This document shows positions 37,173 through 49,433 of a stretch of 64,000 nucleotides of DNA, piece by piece. Source of the DNA: an uncultured Geobacter sp. (lineage in GTDB: Bacteria > Desulfobacterota > Desulfuromonadia > Geobacterales > Pseudopelobacteraceae); contig CAZGEG010000013.1 of the NCBI GenBank assembly GCA_964524835.1, forward strand, positions 56,927 to 120,926. The letters are read 5' to 3'. A program made the translations under genes and the position numbers. The notes under the pieces are model-generated. The model made no database searches. It was not told the DNA's origin and was given only the letters and a program-made list of their open reading frames with translations. Numbering within the stretch: the stretch's first letter is position 1; the number at the start of each line of letters is the position of its first letter.

Positions 37173-37541
37173 TTATTTCTTCTTACCGGCGACAGTACGT
37201 GCAGGTCCTTTACGTGTGCGTGCATTAGTTTTTGTACGCTGACCATTGCAGGGGAGGCCTTTACGATGGCGAAGACCTCTATAGCATCCAAGATCCATGA
37301 GCCGCTTTATATTCATTGAAATCTCGCGCCGCAAATCACCTTCAACCTTGCAATTGCGATCGATCTCTTCACGAAGCCGGGCAACTTCAGCTTCAGTAAG
37401 TTTATCGGTACGCGTATCCGGATTTATCTGACTTGCAGAAAGAATACGTTCCGCTGAAGAATTGCCTATACCGTAAATGTACGTTAATGCGATAACTATC
37501 CGCTTGTTTTTTGGTAAATCAATACCTGAAATACGTGCCAA
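37173..37541 (-). CDS. rpsM: 30S ribosomal protein S13
   Basis: [26 protein letters not shown]. Confidence 0.95.
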   Translation of the reverse strand: MARISGIDLPKNKRIVIALTYIYGIGNSSAERILSASQINPDTRTDKLTEAEVARLREEIDRNCKVEGDLRREISMNIKRLMDLGCYRGLRHRKGLPCNGQRTKTNARTRKGPARTVAGKKK

Positions 37542-37563
37542 TGGAAATACCCCCTTTAATAAC

Positions 37564-37677
37564 TCATCCCTGACGTTGAGAATGCTTAGGGATGTCGCAG
37601 ATTACACGCACAACACCCTTGCGTTTAACTATTTTGCATTTATCACATATTTTTTTTACAGATGCGCGTACTTTCAT
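37564..37677 (-). CDS. rpmJ: 50S ribosomal protein L36 (zinc form); below ORF-track cutoff
   Basis: Hand translation gives [37 protein letters not shown]. Confidence 0.93.
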   Translation of the reverse strand: MKVRASVKKICDKCKIVKRKGVVRVICDIPKHSQRQG

Positions 37678-37703
37678 AAACTCCCCTTGCACGGATTATG
37701 TAG

Positions 37704-38459
37704 TCATATCCGCGTTAGTATCTCAGGTCCGTTCTCAGTGATAGCGACGGTATGCTCAAAATGAGCAGACAAACCACCATCACACGTTACAACAGTCCAA
37801 TTATCATTCAGAACTTCAATTTCATGAGACTTTTCATTAATCATCGGCTCAATGGCCAGAACCATACCAGGTTTAAGCTTTACACCTTTTCCCGGTGAGC
37901 CATAGTTCGGAATCTGCGGATCTTCATGTAAGCTTCTTCCAATCCCGTGGCCGACGAAATCCCTGACAACGGAATAGCCCCTGCTCTCAACATAATTCTG
38001 TACGGCGGAAGAAACATCCCCCAACCTGTTGCCAGGTACAGCCATCTCAATAGCAGCGTACAGGGAAGCTTCAGTAACCGTCATCAGTTTCTGTGCCGCA
38101 TCGGAAACAAGGCCAACAGGAACCGTTATCGCAGCATCACCATAAAAACCATCGTACACGACACCAAAATCCAGACTCAGTATATCTCCAGAGTCCAGCG
38201 GGACTTTATTTGGCAAGCCGTGAACAACCTGATTATTGGGCGAACAGCACAGGGAGCTTGGATATTTGTGGTAGTCGCGAAAAGCGCACTTTGCATTACG
38301 CTTGAGAGCTTCAGCAGAGGCGAAGTGCTCAAGATCGAAAGTAGTGACCCCGGGACAAACCAAAGAGCGCAAACTTTCAAGAACCTCTGCAACTATGCAA
38401 CACGCAACCCTCATTCTGTCAATCTCATGACGAGACTTAAGAACGATCACCAATACCAC
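37704..38459 (-). CDS. map: type I methionine aminopeptidase
   Basis: KSRHEIDRMRVA, DAAITVPVG, VGHGIG and AIEPMI...HFEHTV. The tracked start is GTG 38459. GTG 38450 (MIVLKS...) is an alternative. Both overlap the adk 3' end. Confidence 0.9.
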   Translation of the reverse strand: MVLVIVLKSRHEIDRMRVACCIVAEVLESLRSLVCPGVTTFDLEHFASAEALKRNAKCAFRDYHKYPSSLCCSPNNQVVHGLPNKVPLDSGDILSLDFGVVYDGFYGDAAITVPVGLVSDAAQKLMTVTEASLYAAIEMAVPGNRLGDVSSAVQNYVESRGYSVVRDFVGHGIGRSLHEDPQIPNYGSPGKGVKLKPGMVLAIEPMINEKSHEIEVLNDNWTVVTCDGGLSAHFEHTVAITENGPEILTRI

Positions 38460-39102
38460 CCTTATCTATGATTGTGCATACATGAGACTGTATTTCACCA
38501 ATAGATCCACTGCCTGAGACACTGTTAAGCAAACCTAAATCTTTAAAATATGATTTCAGCGATGAAGTCTGCTGCTCATACACCTTTAAACGGTTAATGA
38601 CAGTCTGTTCGGTATCATCTGCGCGCTGGACCAGCGATGCGCTACATGAATCACAGACACCTTCTTTCACCGGCTTATCATAAATAACGTGATAACCTTT
38701 ACCACACGACGGACAGGTTCTTCTTCCCGACAACCTGTTAATCAGTTCCTGGTTATCGACATCCAGTGAAATGACTACATCGATTTTTCTACCCATTCCA
38801 TCCAGCAAAGACATCAGAGCATCTGCCTGAGGTACCGTTCGCGGAAAACCGTCGAGAATAAAACCGGACGCACAATCCTCCTGAGACACTCGCTCCTTAA
38901 CCAAACCTAGAACAATGTCGTCAGATACCAGTCCACCGGCATCCATAATGGACTTGGCCATATCGCCAAGCGGCGACTTAGCCCTTACTGCAGCCCTCAG
39001 CATATCTCCGGTTGAAATCTGAGGAATACCATAACGCTCAACTATAAACTGGGCCTGGGTACCTTTTCCGGACCCGGGAGGTCCAAAGAGAACAACATTC
39101 AC
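38437..39102 (-). CDS. adk: adenylate kinase (Cys4 zinc lid)
   Basis: MNVVLFGPPGSGKGTQAQ. Lid motif CPSCGKGYH...CDSC. Confidence 0.95.
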   Translation of the reverse strand: MNVVLFGPPGSGKGTQAQFIVERYGIPQISTGDMLRAAVRAKSPLGDMAKSIMDAGGLVSDDIVLGLVKERVSQEDCASGFILDGFPRTVPQADALMSLLDGMGRKIDVVISLDVDNQELINRLSGRRTCPSCGKGYHVIYDKPVKEGVCDSCSASLVQRADDTEQTVINRLKVYEQQTSSLKSYFKDLGLLNSVSGSGSIGEIQSHVCTIIDKGGIGDRS

Positions 39103-39105
39103 GCC

Positions 39106-40413
39106 TTATCGCCTCCCCTTGATGCGGACACCTTTGAGAAAGCCCTCGTAGTTTCGGGTAATGAGATGTGACTCGATCTGAGAAACAGTATCCATCCCCA
39201 CGCCTACTGCGATAAGAAGTGCCGTACCGCCGAAATAAAAAGGAAGATTAAACTTGCCGATTAATATCGACGGCAAAACACACACTAATGAAATATAAAC
39301 TGCCCCGGCAAAAGTAAGCCTAGTCAGCACAGAGTCGATAAAATCTGATGTCTCTTTGCCAGGACGAATCCCGGGTATATAGCCGCCCTGTTTTTTGATG
39401 TTTTCAGCAACATCAATAGGGTTAAACGTTACAGCCGTATAGAAGTAACAGAAGAACACGATAAAAGCAACGAAAAATATATTATAGACTAAATTCCCGG
39501 GCGACAGACTCTTCGCTGCATTTTGAACCCAGGGAATATTAATGAAATTTGCAATGGTCGCCGGGAACATAATAATCGATGATGCAAATATTGGCGGGAT
39601 TACGCCGGCCATATTGATTTTTAACGGCAAATGTGACGTCTGTGCGTTGAAAGTCTTCAATCCAACTACCCTCTTGGCGTAGTGAATTGATAACCGTCTC
39701 TGCCCTCGTTCCACAAAAACTATGACGCCGATAACTGCAAACATGATCGCCAGAACGAAAATAATAACAAAGAGAGACAGCTGGCCAGCGTTGACGAGCT
39801 TGACAGTATTATTAAGCGCTGAAGGGATATTAACAACAATTCCGGCAAAAATAATCAAAGAAATGCCGTTGCCGATACCCTTTTCGGACATCTGCTCGCC
39901 AAGCCACATGACAAAAGCCGTACCTGCGGTTAGAGTAATAACAGTTAAAACCCTAAAACCCCATCCAGGACTGGGCACAACCAACTCACCAGCTGGTCCG
40001 CGCATACTTTCCAGACCAACAGCAACACCCATGCCCTGAACGATACTTAAAACGACTGTACCATAGCGGGTATATTGAATAATTTTTTTGCGACCCGCTT
40101 CGCCCTCTTTTGACAACTTCTCGATGGCAGGAACTACCACCGTCAGCAACTGGAAAATGATCGAAGAGGAGATATACGGCATAATGCCGAGAGCAAAAAC
40201 GGTAAGCCGCTCCAATGCACCACCTGAAAACATGTCAAAAAGACCCAGCAGAGTACCCTGAGACTGTTTAAAAAAATGGGCGAGAGCAATTCTGTCTATT
40301 CCAGGAGTCGGTATGTGACAACCGACGCGATATACGGCAAGCATCCCCAAAGAAAACAAGACGCGCTTTTTCAACTCAGGAATCTTGAATATATTCTGGA
40401 GGGCTTCAAACAC
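39106..40413 (-). CDS. secY: preprotein translocase subunit SecY
   Basis: 435 aa, 10 TM helices, [27 protein letters not shown]. Confidence 0.95.
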   Translation of the reverse strand: MFEALQNIFKIPELKKRVLFSLGMLAVYRVGCHIPTPGIDRIALAHFFKQSQGTLLGLFDMFSGGALERLTVFALGIMPYISSSIIFQLLTVVVPAIEKLSKEGEAGRKKIIQYTRYGTVVLSIVQGMGVAVGLESMRGPAGELVVPSPGWGFRVLTVITLTAGTAFVMWLGEQMSEKGIGNGISLIIFAGIVVNIPSALNNTVKLVNAGQLSLFVIIFVLAIMFAVIGVIVFVERGQRRLSIHYAKRVVGLKTFNAQTSHLPLKINMAGVIPPIFASSIIMFPATIANFINIPWVQNAAKSLSPGNLVYNIFFVAFIVFFCYFYTAVTFNPIDVAENIKKQGGYIPGIRPGKETSDFIDSVLTRLTFAGAVYISLVCVLPSILIGKFNLPFYFGGTALLIAVGVGMDTVSQIESHLITRNYEGFLKGVRIKGRR

Positions 40414-40856
40414 TATGCTATCTCCTCAATACTACCACCGGCAGCAATGATTTTATCTTTTGCAGACTGGCTGAATTTATTCGCAGTTATCTTTAAACTC
40501 TTAGTAATGTCACCATTACCAAGTATTTTTACTGCAAAACGATCCGATTTAATCAGTCCTTTAGAGACGAGCGACAAGGCATCAATAACAGAACCAGCGT
40601 CAAAAACATCAAGTTGGCTGATGTTTACTAGCGAATATACAACGCGGTCGAGCGGGGTAAAGCCACGCTTTGGTAAACGGCGCTGCAAAGGCATCTGGCC
40701 ACCCTCAAAGCCGGCTTTAATGCTGCCGCCTGAGCGGGCTTTTTGGCCTTTATGACCTTTAGTCGCTGTTTTTCCATGACCTGAACCGGTACCACGGCCA
40801 ATACGTTTTCTGTTTTTTGTTGAGCCGATAGAAGGTCTCAAATTATTAAGTTCCAT
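40413..40856 (-). CDS. rplO: 50S ribosomal protein L15
   Basis: Start set to ATG 40856 ([12 protein letters not shown]...). The tracked TTG lies within the RBS region. [25 protein letters not shown]. Confidence 0.92.
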   Translation of the reverse strand: MELNNLRPSIGSTKNRKRIGRGTGSGHGKTATKGHKGQKARSGGSIKAGFEGGQMPLQRRLPKRGFTPLDRVVYSLVNISQLDVFDAGSVIDALSLVSKGLIKSDRFAVKILGNGDITKSLKITANKFSQSAKDKIIAAGGSIEEIA

Positions 40857-40874
40857 GAAAGTCAACCCCTTTAT

Positions 40875-41051
40875 CTATTCAACGGTCAATAGATGACCAA
40901 CTTTATTGATCATACCCCTGATTTGCGGGCTATCCTGACGCTCAACCGTCTGGTTGAGCTTGGACAGACCGAGGCCCGCGACGACAGCACGATGCTTTTT
41001 TGGAGTACATATAGTACTTTTTGTGAGTGTTATCTTAAGCAAACTGCTCAT
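40875..41051 (-). CDS. rpmD: 50S ribosomal protein L30; below ORF-track cutoff
   Basis: Hand translation gives MSSLLKITLTKSTICTPKKHRAVVAGLGLSKLNQTVERQDSPQIRGMINKVGHLLTVE*. Confidence 0.9.
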   Translation of the reverse strand: MSSLLKITLTKSTICTPKKHRAVVAGLGLSKLNQTVERQDSPQIRGMINKVGHLLTVE

Positions 41052-41074
41052 AATTAGTTCCCCGCGAAAAAATA

Positions 41075-41563
41075 TTATTCTGTAATACCACGACGTGCAG
41101 CTATTTCTTCCGGAGTCTTAAGACGCTGAAGACCTTGAAATGCTGCTTTTATAACGTTGTGAGGATTATTAGAACCTAAACATTTTGAGAGAATATTATT
41201 GATTCCTGCCGCTTCGAAAATTGCTCGCGCTGCGCCGCCGGCGATTACGCCTGTTCCGGCAGAAGCAGGTTTCATAAGAAGGCGACCTGCACCAAATTTC
41301 CCTTCAATCTCAAAAGGAATCGTCTGGCTTGCGTTCACTGGAACCTTAATAAGGTTCTTTTTAGCCTGTTCAACGCCCTTCCTGATTGCTTCAGGAACTT
41401 CATTCGCCTTACCAAGTCCGTATCCAACATAACCGTTGCCGTCACCAACAACTATTAATGCTGAAAAACTGAAGCGGCGTCCGCCTTTAACAACTTTGGC
41501 AACACGGCTGATATGGACAACTCTGTCATTAAGATTCAGTTCTGCTGGATTAATCCTACTCAA
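41075..41563 (-). CDS. rpsE: 30S ribosomal protein S5
   Basis: [30 protein letters not shown]. Confidence 0.95.
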   Translation of the reverse strand: MSRINPAELNLNDRVVHISRVAKVVKGGRRFSFSALIVVGDGNGYVGYGLGKANEVPEAIRKGVEQAKKNLIKVPVNASQTIPFEIEGKFGAGRLLMKPASAGTGVIAGGAARAIFEAAGINNILSKCLGSNNPHNVIKAAFQGLQRLKTPEEIAARRGITE

Positions 41564-41581
41564 AGAAAACCTCCCGTACGC

Positions 41582-41947
41582 TTAAAAGTTCAACCCGGCT
41601 TCGCGGGCTGAATCAGCGAGCGCTTTGATCCTGCCGTGATAGAGAAAACCGTTGCGGTCAAAAACTACAGACGAAACACCTTTAGCAAGAGCAAGTCTGG
41701 CGACTTCTTTACCTACAAGCGTTGCTGCAGCAATATTACCGGTATTAGAAAGATCCTGTGCCGCCTCTGACAATGTAGAAGCTGCAACAAGCGTTGTGCC
41801 ATTCGTATCATCAATTATTTGCGCGTAAATATGACGTGCACTCTTGAATACGTTCAGACGAGGACGCTCGGTCGTACCGCGAACTTTTTTCCTGACTCGA
41901 ACTTGACGTTTAAGTCGAGTAATTGTTTTAATAGCTGTCTTAGCCAC
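41582..41947 (-). CDS. rplR: 50S ribosomal protein L18
   Basis: [20 protein letters not shown]...[24 protein letters not shown]. Confidence 0.95.
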   Translation of the reverse strand: MAKTAIKTITRLKRQVRVRKKVRGTTERPRLNVFKSARHIYAQIIDDTNGTTLVAASTLSEAAQDLSNTGNIAAATLVGKEVARLALAKGVSSVVFDRNGFLYHGRIKALADSAREAGLNF

Positions 41948-41965
41948 AATATCTCCTTATAAAGA

Positions 41966-42505
41966 CTATTTCTTGCCGGTTTTGCCAGCTTTTCTCAGGA
42001 TAGTCTCGTCAGCATACTTGATCCCTTTGCCTTTGTAAGGCTCCGGGCTACGGAATGATCTGATCTTGGCAGCTGTCTGACCTACAAGTTCCTTGTCAAA
42101 CCCTTTTACAGCCAACTTTGTCATTTTTTCAACGTCGATGGATATCCCGTCAGGAATCGGAAAGTTTACCGGATGGGAATAACCGAGGGCAAGAACCAGT
42201 TCCTTACCTTTAACTTCAGCACGGTATCCGACCCCGTTAATTTCAAGATCCCTCTGAAACCCCTTGGTAACACCAACGACCATGTTATTGATCAATGTAC
42301 GCGTGAGTCCATGGGCAGCTCGTGCTGCCGTTGAATCGTCACAGCGTGTTACTTCAATGGCTACATCACGAATATCAAGTGAAACCACAGACATGATCTG
42401 TCGCGTTAATGAGCCGTTAGGACCCTGGACAGACAGTACTGAATCAGTGAAGGAAATCTTCACACCCTTTGGTATCTCAATTGGCAATTTACCTATTCTA
42501 GACAT
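41966..42505 (-). CDS. rplF: 50S ribosomal protein L6
   Basis: [17 protein letters not shown]...[10 protein letters not shown]. Confidence 0.95.
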   Translation of the reverse strand: MSRIGKLPIEIPKGVKISFTDSVLSVQGPNGSLTRQIMSVVSLDIRDVAIEVTRCDDSTAARAAHGLTRTLINNMVVGVTKGFQRDLEINGVGYRAEVKGKELVLALGYSHPVNFPIPDGISIDVEKMTKLAVKGFDKELVGQTAAKIRSFRSPEPYKGKGIKYADETILRKAGKTGKK

Positions 42506-42530
42506 CTAAAAGTACTCCTTGTCGCTATTA

Positions 42531-42929
42531 TTACCAGACAGTGCAGATCAGCTCGCCACCAACTCCGGATTTACGAGCAACATTATCAGTAATGATACCC
42601 TTTGATGTGGAGAGAATCGCAATTCCAAGTCCGCTTTTAACAAGAGGAATGTCCTCGGACTTGACATACACTCTACCACCCGGCTTACTAACACGCTTGA
42701 TCTCGTTTATAACGCTATCTTTCTCGTCAATGTACTTCAAGTAAACACGCAAAACACCCTGAAGATTATCAGAAATAACCTTATAGTTTTTAATAAAGCC
42801 TTCTTGCTTTAGTACATTAGCAATACTGACTTTCATATTGGATGATGGAATGTCAACTTTCTGGTGCTTTACCATATTTGCATTTCTAATTCTGGTAAGC
42901 ATGTCAGCAATAGGGTCTGTCATGGACAT
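42531..42929 (-). CDS. rpsH: 30S ribosomal protein S8
   Basis: [18 protein letters not shown]. Confidence 0.95.
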   Translation of the reverse strand: MSMTDPIADMLTRIRNANMVKHQKVDIPSSNMKVSIANVLKQEGFIKNYKVISDNLQGVLRVYLKYIDEKDSVINEIKRVSKPGGRVYVKSEDIPLVKSGLGIAILSTSKGIITDNVARKSGVGGELICTVW

Positions 42930-42971
42930 TGTGAATGTGCTCCTGTCTCTTTATCTATATGTGGCTTTTAG

Positions 42972-43157
42972 TTACCAGCTCGATTTTATCACGCCGGGAA
43001 TCTGGCCAGACGAGGCATACTTGCGCAGACAAATCCTGCACATCTCAAACTTGCGATAAAACGCTTTAGGGCGTCCGCAGACCGGACAACGATTGTGCTG
43101 ACGAACCTTGAACTTGGGTGCACGTTGAGACTTAATAATCATTGATACTTTTGCCAC
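42972..43157 (-). CDS. rpsN: 30S ribosomal protein S14, short type Z (zinc form)
   Basis: 61 aa with CPVCGRP...[22 protein letters not shown]. Confidence 0.94.
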   Translation of the reverse strand: MAKVSMIIKSQRAPKFKVRQHNRCPVCGRPKAFYRKFEMCRICLRKYASSGQIPGVIKSSW

Positions 43158-43174
43158 AGAATCCTCCAGATGAC

Positions 43175-43714
43175 TTAGTTCCTGAACGGCATGCCCAGGT
43201 ACTTGAGAAGTGCTTTACCTTCTTCGTCCGTTTTAGCACTTGTTACAATCGTGATATTCATTCCCTTGATTTTATCAACATTATCATAGTTGATTTCGGG
43301 GAAAATAAGCTGATCCTTGACGCCGAGAGTATAATTACCCTTGCCGTCAAAGGCTTTACCGGATACGCCTTTAAAGTCACGGACCCTGGCAAGAGAAACG
43401 TTGATCAGACGATCTAGAAATTCATACATACGATCGCGACGGAGAGTTACCATGCAACCGATTGGCATACCTTCACGAAGCTTAAATGTTGCAATGGATT
43501 TCTTGGCTTTGGTAATGACAGATTTCTGACCGGTGATCAAACCAAGTTCGGTTGTCGCGGAGTCAAGAATCTTAACATTCTGGATCGCTTCACCCAAGCC
43601 CATGTTAACAACTATCTTCTTGATTTGCGGAACTTCCATGCAAGATTTGTAACTGTAATCATTACGAAGCTTGGGAACGATTTCTGATGAATATATATCT
43701 TTTAAACGAGACAT
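43175..43714 (-). CDS. rplE: 50S ribosomal protein L5
   Basis: [16 protein letters not shown]...[19 protein letters not shown]. Confidence 0.95.
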   Translation of the reverse strand: MSRLKDIYSSEIVPKLRNDYSYKSCMEVPQIKKIVVNMGLGEAIQNVKILDSATTELGLITGQKSVITKAKKSIATFKLREGMPIGCMVTLRRDRMYEFLDRLINVSLARVRDFKGVSGKAFDGKGNYTLGVKDQLIFPEINYDNVDKIKGMNITIVTSAKTDEEGKALLKYLGMPFRN

Positions 43715-43738
43715 TAGATAGATTCCTCCAAAGTAATA

Positions 43739-44065
43739 CTAAAGTGTTGTGCCGCACTTGACACAGACACGCTGTTTTTCGCCATTTTCTAAAAGCTTCT
43801 TGCTTGTCCGGACAGGTTTGGAGCATTTTGAGCAGTATGGCATAACATTGGAGATATGAATCCGTGCTTCCTTCTCCTTAATTTCACCAGCTTCATTCCC
43901 TTTAGCTTTAACATGGCGTTTAACCAAATTAAGTCCTTCAACGATTACGCCGTTCTTCTTAGGGAGCAATTGAAGAATTTTGCCAGTTTTGCTTTTTTCT
44001 TTGCCGGCAATGACCATTACGGTATCACCCTTGTTAACATGAGGTTTCGTGACTTGCATCATCAT
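43739..44065 (-). CDS. rplX: 50S ribosomal protein L24 with C-terminal CxxC...CxxC
   Basis: [22 protein letters not shown] motif. Three tandem ATGs at the start. Tail is [29 protein letters not shown]. Confidence 0.93.
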   Translation of the reverse strand: MMMQVTKPHVNKGDTVMVIAGKEKSKTGKILQLLPKKNGVIVEGLNLVKRHVKAKGNEAGEIKEKEARIHISNVMPYCSKCSKPVRTSKKLLENGEKQRVCVKCGTTL

Positions 44066-44077
44066 TCTCCGATATTT

Positions 44078-44446
44078 TTATAGTACTTCCGGCGCAAGAG
44101 AAATAATTTTCATAAACTTTTTAGCACGCAATTCTCTGGCAACCGGACCGAAGATACGAGTACCAACCGGTTCCTTGGCATTGTTGATGACAACACCTGA
44201 ATTATCATCAAAACGGATATATGATCCGTCAGGGCGACCCAAAGCCTTAGCAGTCCTGACAACAACCGCCTTGACTACATCACCCTTTTTAACCTTTGAA
44301 TTCGGCAGAGCTTCACGAACAGAAGCAACAATGATATCACCAACACCTGCATATTTTCTTTTAGAGCCACCAAGTACCTTGATGCAAAATAGTTTTTTTG
44401 CACCAGAGTTATCGGCTACATCCAGTACTGTCTGCATTTGAATCAT
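44078..44446 (-). CDS. rplN: 50S ribosomal protein L14
   Basis: [28 protein letters not shown]. Confidence 0.96.
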   Translation of the reverse strand: MIQMQTVLDVADNSGAKKLFCIKVLGGSKRKYAGVGDIIVASVREALPNSKVKKGDVVKAVVVRTAKALGRPDGSYIRFDDNSGVVINNAKEPVGTRIFGPVARELRAKKFMKIISLAPEVL

Positions 44447-44464
44447 TAGATGTTACTCCCTATA

Positions 44465-44722
44465 CTAAGAGATGCTTTCTATTATCTGTTTAAGGCTCCA
44501 GCGCTTATCTTTACTTAAAGGGCGGCATTCAATTATCTGTACACGATCACCTATTTTGGAACTGTTAAGCTCATCGTGCACCTTATATTTTACGCTGCGC
44601 TTGATATACTTGCTGTAGACACTGTGTTTAACAAGACGGTCGACTTTCACAACAACAGTCTTCTCCATCTTGTCGCTCACAACAACACCTACTTGAGTTT
44701 TTCTGTGACCGCGTTCACTCAT
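44465..44722 (-). CDS. rpsQ: 30S ribosomal protein S17
   Basis: [28 protein letters not shown]. Confidence 0.95.
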   Translation of the reverse strand: MSERGHRKTQVGVVVSDKMEKTVVVKVDRLVKHSVYSKYIKRSVKYKVHDELNSSKIGDRVQIIECRPLSKDKRWSLKQIIESIS

Positions 44723-44922
44723 TTTGATACTCCCCCTGCCTTACTCTCGGTGAGAATGGTATTAATCCTGGCAATATTCTTACGAAGGTTCTTCAGCTTG
44801 GAAGTATTCTCAAGTCTGCCGGTATGAAGCTGAAATTTTAGGTTAAAGAGTTCCTGAGTTGCTTCAGTCTGTTTTTTCGACAGCTCTTCAGCCGATATTT
44901 TTCTAAGATCATTAGGCTTCAT
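44719..44922 (-). CDS. rpmC: 50S ribosomal protein L29
   Basis: Start moved to ATG 44922, 6 nt after [37 protein letters not shown]. Confidence 0.9.
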   Translation of the reverse strand: MKPNDLRKISAEELSKKQTEATQELFNLKFQLHTGRLENTSKLKNLRKNIARINTILTESKAGGVSK

Positions 44923-45334
44923 GGGCATCTCCCCTGATAATAAACTTTGTAGAAATGGGCAGCTTATGAGCAGCCAGCCTGAGAGCTTCACGAGCGATCT
45001 CTTCTGTCACGCCTTCCATTTCATACAGGATAACGCCGGGCTTAATTACGCACACCCATGAATCCGGTGAGCCTTTTCCTTTACCCATCCTGGTCTCAGC
45101 CGGTTTAGCGGTAAGTGGTTTATCGGGAAAAATACGGATCCATATTTTCCCACCCCTCTTAATATAGCGGGTCATGGCAATACGGGCCGCTTCAATCTGC
45201 CGCGAATCAAGCCAACCACACTCAGTCGCCTGCAGACCAAATTCTCCAAAAGAGAGTTCAATACCTCTACAGGGCTTACCGGACATGCGACCCTTCATCT
45301 GTTTTCTATGTTTTACCCGTTTCGGCATTAACAT
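44912..45334 (-). CDS. rplP: 50S ribosomal protein L16
   Basis: [19 protein letters not shown]. Confidence 0.95.
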   Translation of the reverse strand: MLMPKRVKHRKQMKGRMSGKPCRGIELSFGEFGLQATECGWLDSRQIEAARIAMTRYIKRGGKIWIRIFPDKPLTAKPAETRMGKGKGSPDSWVCVIKPGVILYEMEGVTEEIAREALRLAAHKLPISTKFIIRGDAHEA

Positions 45335-45367
45335 CGATACGTGCTCCTATTGTGCAATATAAAAGAA

Positions 45368-46000
45368 TTACTTACCGGGCAGAATTTCGCCCTTGAAGAT
45401 CAACACTTTGATGCCGATAAGACCGTATGTGGTCTTGGCCTCAGCGAAACCGTAGTCGATATCAGCCCGCAACGTATGCAGCGGAACCCTGCCCTCTCGA
45501 TACCACTCTGTACGGGACATTTCAGCACCACCCAAACGGCCGGAGCAGGTAATACGAATTCCCTTTGCTCCGAATTTCAGCGTTGAAGTAACGCTTTTCT
45601 TCATGGCACGCCTGAAAGCTATGCGGCGCTCGAGTTGCAAGGCTACATTTTCAGCAACCAGCTGTGCGTCCAACTCAGGCTTGCGAACTTCGTTTATCGT
45701 TATAAAGATCTCTTTGGCCGATATCAGAGCGAGCTCTTTTTTTATCGTTTCAACTTCGGACCCCTTCTTACCAATGATAAGACCTGGTCTGGCAGTAAAG
45801 ATATTTATTTTACACTTATTGGCAGCACGCTCGATCTCGATTTTGGAAACACCGGAGCTGTATAAGCGTTTTTTCAGGAATTTACGAATAGCAAGGTCTT
45901 CATGCAATAACTTGGCGTAATCTGCTTCAGCGTACCACTTTGAATCCCAAGTCTTTGTAACACCAAGCCTGAAGCCAATCGGATTAATTTTTTGTCCCAA
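45368..46000 (-). CDS. rpsC: 30S ribosomal protein S3
   Basis: [24 protein letters not shown]. Confidence 0.96.
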   Translation of the reverse strand: MGQKINPIGFRLGVTKTWDSKWYAEADYAKLLHEDLAIRKFLKKRLYSSGVSKIEIERAANKCKINIFTARPGLIIGKKGSEVETIKKELALISAKEIFITINEVRKPELDAQLVAENVALQLERRIAFRRAMKKSVTSTLKFGAKGIRITCSGRLGGAEMSRTEWYREGRVPLHTLRADIDYGFAEAKTTYGLIGIKVLIFKGEILPGK

Positions 46001-46022
46001 CCTACACCTCCACGTAATAAAA

Positions 46023-46358
46023 CTATTTCGAGTCTGAAAGGGTTACAGCAATATGACTAGTAGGCTTACGAATTTTGCTGGCACGCCCCATTGCACGAGG
46101 AACAAAACGTTTAAGTGCAGCACCACCATCAACATAAATTGTTTTTACAAACAGGCGGTCAACATCGGATACGCCTTTTTGCTCTGCGTTTGAAACAGCA
46201 GACTTAAGAAGCTTTGACACAAGCTTGGCAGAAGGCTGCGGCATGAACCGCAAGATATTCAGTGCATCTTGAATACCTTTACCACGCACGAGGTCAACAA
46301 CAAGACGTGTTTTGCGTGGAGAAAGGCGTACAGATGAGAGTTTAGCGTTGGATTCCAT
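46023..46358 (-). CDS. rplV: 50S ribosomal protein L22
   Basis: [29 protein letters not shown]. Confidence 0.95.
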   Translation of the reverse strand: MESNAKLSSVRLSPRKTRLVVDLVRGKGIQDALNILRFMPQPSAKLVSKLLKSAVSNAEQKGVSDVDRLFVKTIYVDGGAALKRFVPRAMGRASKIRKPTSHIAVTLSDSK

Positions 46359-46372
46359 TATAAGCTCCCTTA

Positions 46373-46651
46373 CTACTTCTTGACTTTGCTCTTTTTATCA
46401 GCGGCATGACCGTGAAATGTTCTTGTTGGAGCGAATTCACCCATTTTATGGCCAACCATATTTTCAGTTACAAAAACAGGGATGAATTTTTTTCCGTTGT
46501 GAACCGCAAAACTACACCCGATAAAATCAGGGCTGATCGTTGAGCGGCGTGACCAGGTCTTAATAATCTTCTTGGAATTAGGACCTTCAGCCAGAACCTT
46601 CTTGTTCAGGTGGTCATCAATAAATGGACCTTTTTTTATCGAACGTGCCAT
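46373..46651 (-). CDS. rpsS: 30S ribosomal protein S19
   Basis: [15 protein letters not shown]...[16 protein letters not shown]. Confidence 0.96.
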   Translation of the reverse strand: MARSIKKGPFIDDHLNKKVLAEGPNSKKIIKTWSRRSTISPDFIGCSFAVHNGKKFIPVFVTENMVGHKMGEFAPTRTFHGHAADKKSKVKK

Positions 46652-46673
46652 AATATCTCAGCCTCTCAACGAA

Positions 46674-47498
46674 TTATTTACTGCGCTTTTTTACAATGAA
46701 GCGGTCAGAAGTCTTGTTTGTACGGGTTTTGTAACCCTTGGTCGGAATACCCCATGGCGTCACGGGATGCCGTCCGCCGGAAGTACGCCCCTCACCGCCA
46801 CCATGTGGATGGTCAACCGGATTCATGGCAACACCACGTACTTTAGGGCGACGACCAAGCCAGCGTGAACGACCAGCCTTGCCGATATTTATATTTTCAT
46901 GATCGGTATTACCAACCTGTCCAATGGTCGCATAGCAGTCCTGCAGAACCAACCGGACTTCACCTGAAGGAAGCTTGACCTGCGAATACTTGCCCTCTTT
47001 GGACATAAGTTGGGCAAAGGTACCGGCACTCCGGGCCAGCTGGGCCCCTTTACCAATCTTCAGCTCAATATTGTGGATAACTGTACCGAGAGGAATCGCA
47101 CGCAACGGTAACGAGTTACCCGGCTTGATATCAGCCTCTGGACCACTGATGATAACATCGCCAACTTTTAAATCAAGTGGAGCAAGTATATAGCGTTTTT
47201 CGCCATCGGCATAATTCAGAAGCGCGATGCGGGCGCTGCGGTTCGGATCGTATTCAATGCTGGCAACAGTAGCGGGAATGCTGCGCTTGTCACGGCGAAA
47301 ATCGATAATACGATATTTCTGTTTGTGACCACCACCCTGGTGACGAGAAGTAATGCGGCCGTTGGAATTCCTGCCCCCACTCTTTTTAAGTGAAACAAGC
47401 AAGGATTTTTCAGGAGTAGTTTTAGTAATTTCAGCAAACGCGGAGCAAGTCTGATGTCTGCGTCCAGCCGAAGTTGGATTATAGCTTTTGATTGCCAT
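46674..47498 (-). CDS. rplB: 50S ribosomal protein L2
   Basis: Start moved to ATG 47498 ([17 protein letters not shown]). [26 protein letters not shown]. Confidence 0.95.
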   Translation of the reverse strand: MAIKSYNPTSAGRRHQTCSAFAEITKTTPEKSLLVSLKKSGGRNSNGRITSRHQGGGHKQKYRIIDFRRDKRSIPATVASIEYDPNRSARIALLNYADGEKRYILAPLDLKVGDVIISGPEADIKPGNSLPLRAIPLGTVIHNIELKIGKGAQLARSAGTFAQLMSKEGKYSQVKLPSGEVRLVLQDCYATIGQVGNTDHENINIGKAGRSRWLGRRPKVRGVAMNPVDHPHGGGEGRTSGGRHPVTPWGIPTKGYKTRTNKTSDRFIVKKRSK

Positions 47499-47519
47499 TG
47501 TGAACCCCAAACGTATTAG

Positions 47520-47804
47520 TTAGACTTCAAAGAAATCTATTGATTGCCCTTCCTGGAGCGTAACATAAGCCTTTTTCCAGTTGGAACGTTTGCCAAAAGT
47601 TTTGCCAGAACGTTTTACCTTGCCGGCCACGGTTACCGTACGGACATCCGCAACCTTGACTTTGAACAGATTCTCAATAGCCTGTTTAATCTCGATCTTG
47701 TTTGCAGCTTTATCAACGACTACCGCAACAGTATTGTTCGTATCGGATCCCAAAGAAGTTTTTTCGGTAACATGCGGCTTTTTGATTACGGAGTAAATAT
47801 TCAT
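47520..47804 (-). CDS. rplW: 50S ribosomal protein L23
   Basis: [17 protein letters not shown]. Confidence 0.94.
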   Translation of the reverse strand: MNIYSVIKKPHVTEKTSLGSDTNNTVAVVVDKAANKIEIKQAIENLFKVKVADVRTVTVAGKVKRSGKTFGKRSNWKKAYVTLQEGQSIDFFEV

Positions 47805-48424
47805 TTTTGCAATACTCCTTCGGTTGATAGCACAGAGTCCTGAGTGAAAATTATATGTTTGTATTTAAGCATATCGTGAATATTCAGTGCATCATGCTTC
47901 AACATCTTAATATGCGGTACATTACGGGCTGATAGGAACAGATTATTGTTAAAATCATCCGTTACAATCAGAGATTTACTGAGATCAAAAGTATTCAGAA
48001 AACCTTTAAAATCTTTAGTCGATATTTTGTCGAATTCGATTTTGTCCAGAACAGTTATGTTGTTCGTCTGCAGTTTGTACGTCAGAACTGAACAGAGGGC
48101 AGCACACCTGGCCTTTTTATTCATGCTGAGGTTGTATACTTTGGGCTGCGGGCCAAAAGCTACACCACCGCCGGGATATTGAGGAGCACGACTGCAGCCT
48201 TGACGTGCATTACCGGTACCCTTCTGCTTGAACGGCTTTTTACCGCCGCCGCGTACTGCAGAACGGTTCTTGACTGCAACAGTTCCTGCTCTCCGATTTG
48301 CGAGCTGGATCCGAAGCGCCTGGTGAATAAGACTTTCTCTTACTTCAACATCAAACACATCATCGGACAGCAGAACTTCACCGACCTGTTGTTTGTTCAT
48401 ATTAAAAACCGCTATTGAAGGCAT
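47801..48424 (-). CDS. rplD: 50S ribosomal protein L4
   Basis: Start moved to ATG 48424, 7 nt after [39 protein letters not shown]. Confidence 0.93.
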   Translation of the reverse strand: MPSIAVFNMNKQQVGEVLLSDDVFDVEVRESLIHQALRIQLANRRAGTVAVKNRSAVRGGGKKPFKQKGTGNARQGCSRAPQYPGGGVAFGPQPKVYNLSMNKKARCAALCSVLTYKLQTNNITVLDKIEFDKISTKDFKGFLNTFDLSKSLIVTDDFNNNLFLSARNVPHIKMLKHDALNIHDMLKYKHIIFTQDSVLSTEGVLQK

Positions 48425-48442
48425 ACACAAACTCCCGAAGTA

Positions 48443-49072
48443 CTAAGCTTTAACACTCTTTTTAATCGTAACAATTGAATTCTTGTGGCCAGGAACGGCA
48501 CCTTTAATCAGGATAAGGTTATCAGAAGCATCAACACGGACAATCTTAAGACGTTGTACGGTGACTTTCACGTTACCCATCTGACCAGGCATCTTTTTAT
48601 TTTTAAAAACATGCGAAGGAGTCGCAGATGCACCGATTGAGCCAGGTGCTCTGTGAAAGCGCGACCCATGAGAAGCACGGCCTCCCTTGAAATTCCAGCG
48701 CTTAATAACGCCCTGAAAACCCTTACCGATGCTGGTGCCGGTCACATCAATCACATCATCAACTGCAAATTCGCTCGCAGTGATTTCGTCACCTACATTC
48801 ATTGACTCAACCTGGTCGTTTTTGAATTCACGCAGATGCCTGAAAACGCCATGACCGGATTTTGTGCAATGCCCGAGGTACGGTTTGTTGACATTAGCAG
48901 CAGCTACCGATTCGAATCCCACCTGTACTGCTGAATATCCATCATTAGCCGCAGTTTTTTTCTGGACGACATAACAAGGACCCGCCTGAATAACAGTTAC
49001 CGGTACTCTTGTTCCGTCTTCAAGAAATATCTGGGTCATGCCCAGTTTTTTTCCGATGATACCTTTCATCAT
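48443..49072 (-). CDS. rplC: 50S ribosomal protein L3
   Basis: [13 protein letters not shown]...[19 protein letters not shown]. Confidence 0.95.
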   Translation of the reverse strand: MMKGIIGKKLGMTQIFLEDGTRVPVTVIQAGPCYVVQKKTAANDGYSAVQVGFESVAAANVNKPYLGHCTKSGHGVFRHLREFKNDQVESMNVGDEITASEFAVDDVIDVTGTSIGKGFQGVIKRWNFKGGRASHGSRFHRAPGSIGASATPSHVFKNKKMPGQMGNVKVTVQRLKIVRVDASDNLILIKGAVPGHKNSIVTIKKSVKA

Positions 49073-49100
49073 ATTGAGTCCTATTCAGTCGTAGTAGCAG

Positions 49101-49409
49101 TTACAGTTTAATTTCTACATCAACGCCGGCAGATAAATCCAGCTTCATGAGAGCATCAACCGTCTGCTGTGTAGGGTCAAGTATATCAATCAAGCGTTTG
49201 TGAGTTCTGATTTCAAACTGGTCACGTGACTTCTTGTCAACATGGGGACCGCGAAGAACACAATACTTGTTGATTACGGTCGGCAATGGAATCGGTCCGG
49301 CAACGCGCGCACCAGTTCTTTTTGCAGTATCAACAATTTCACCTACTGAAACATCAAGCAGTTTATGATCATATGCCTTAAGGCGAATTCTTATCTTCTG
49401 GCTCTGCAT
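49101..49409 (-). CDS. rpsJ: 30S ribosomal protein S10
   Basis: [19 protein letters not shown]. Confidence 0.96.
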   Translation of the reverse strand: MQSQKIRIRLKAYDHKLLDVSVGEIVDTAKRTGARVAGPIPLPTVINKYCVLRGPHVDKKSRDQFEIRTHKRLIDILDPTQQTVDALMKLDLSAGVDVEIKL

Positions 49410-49433
49410 TAATAACCTCGTAACGTAACTTAT

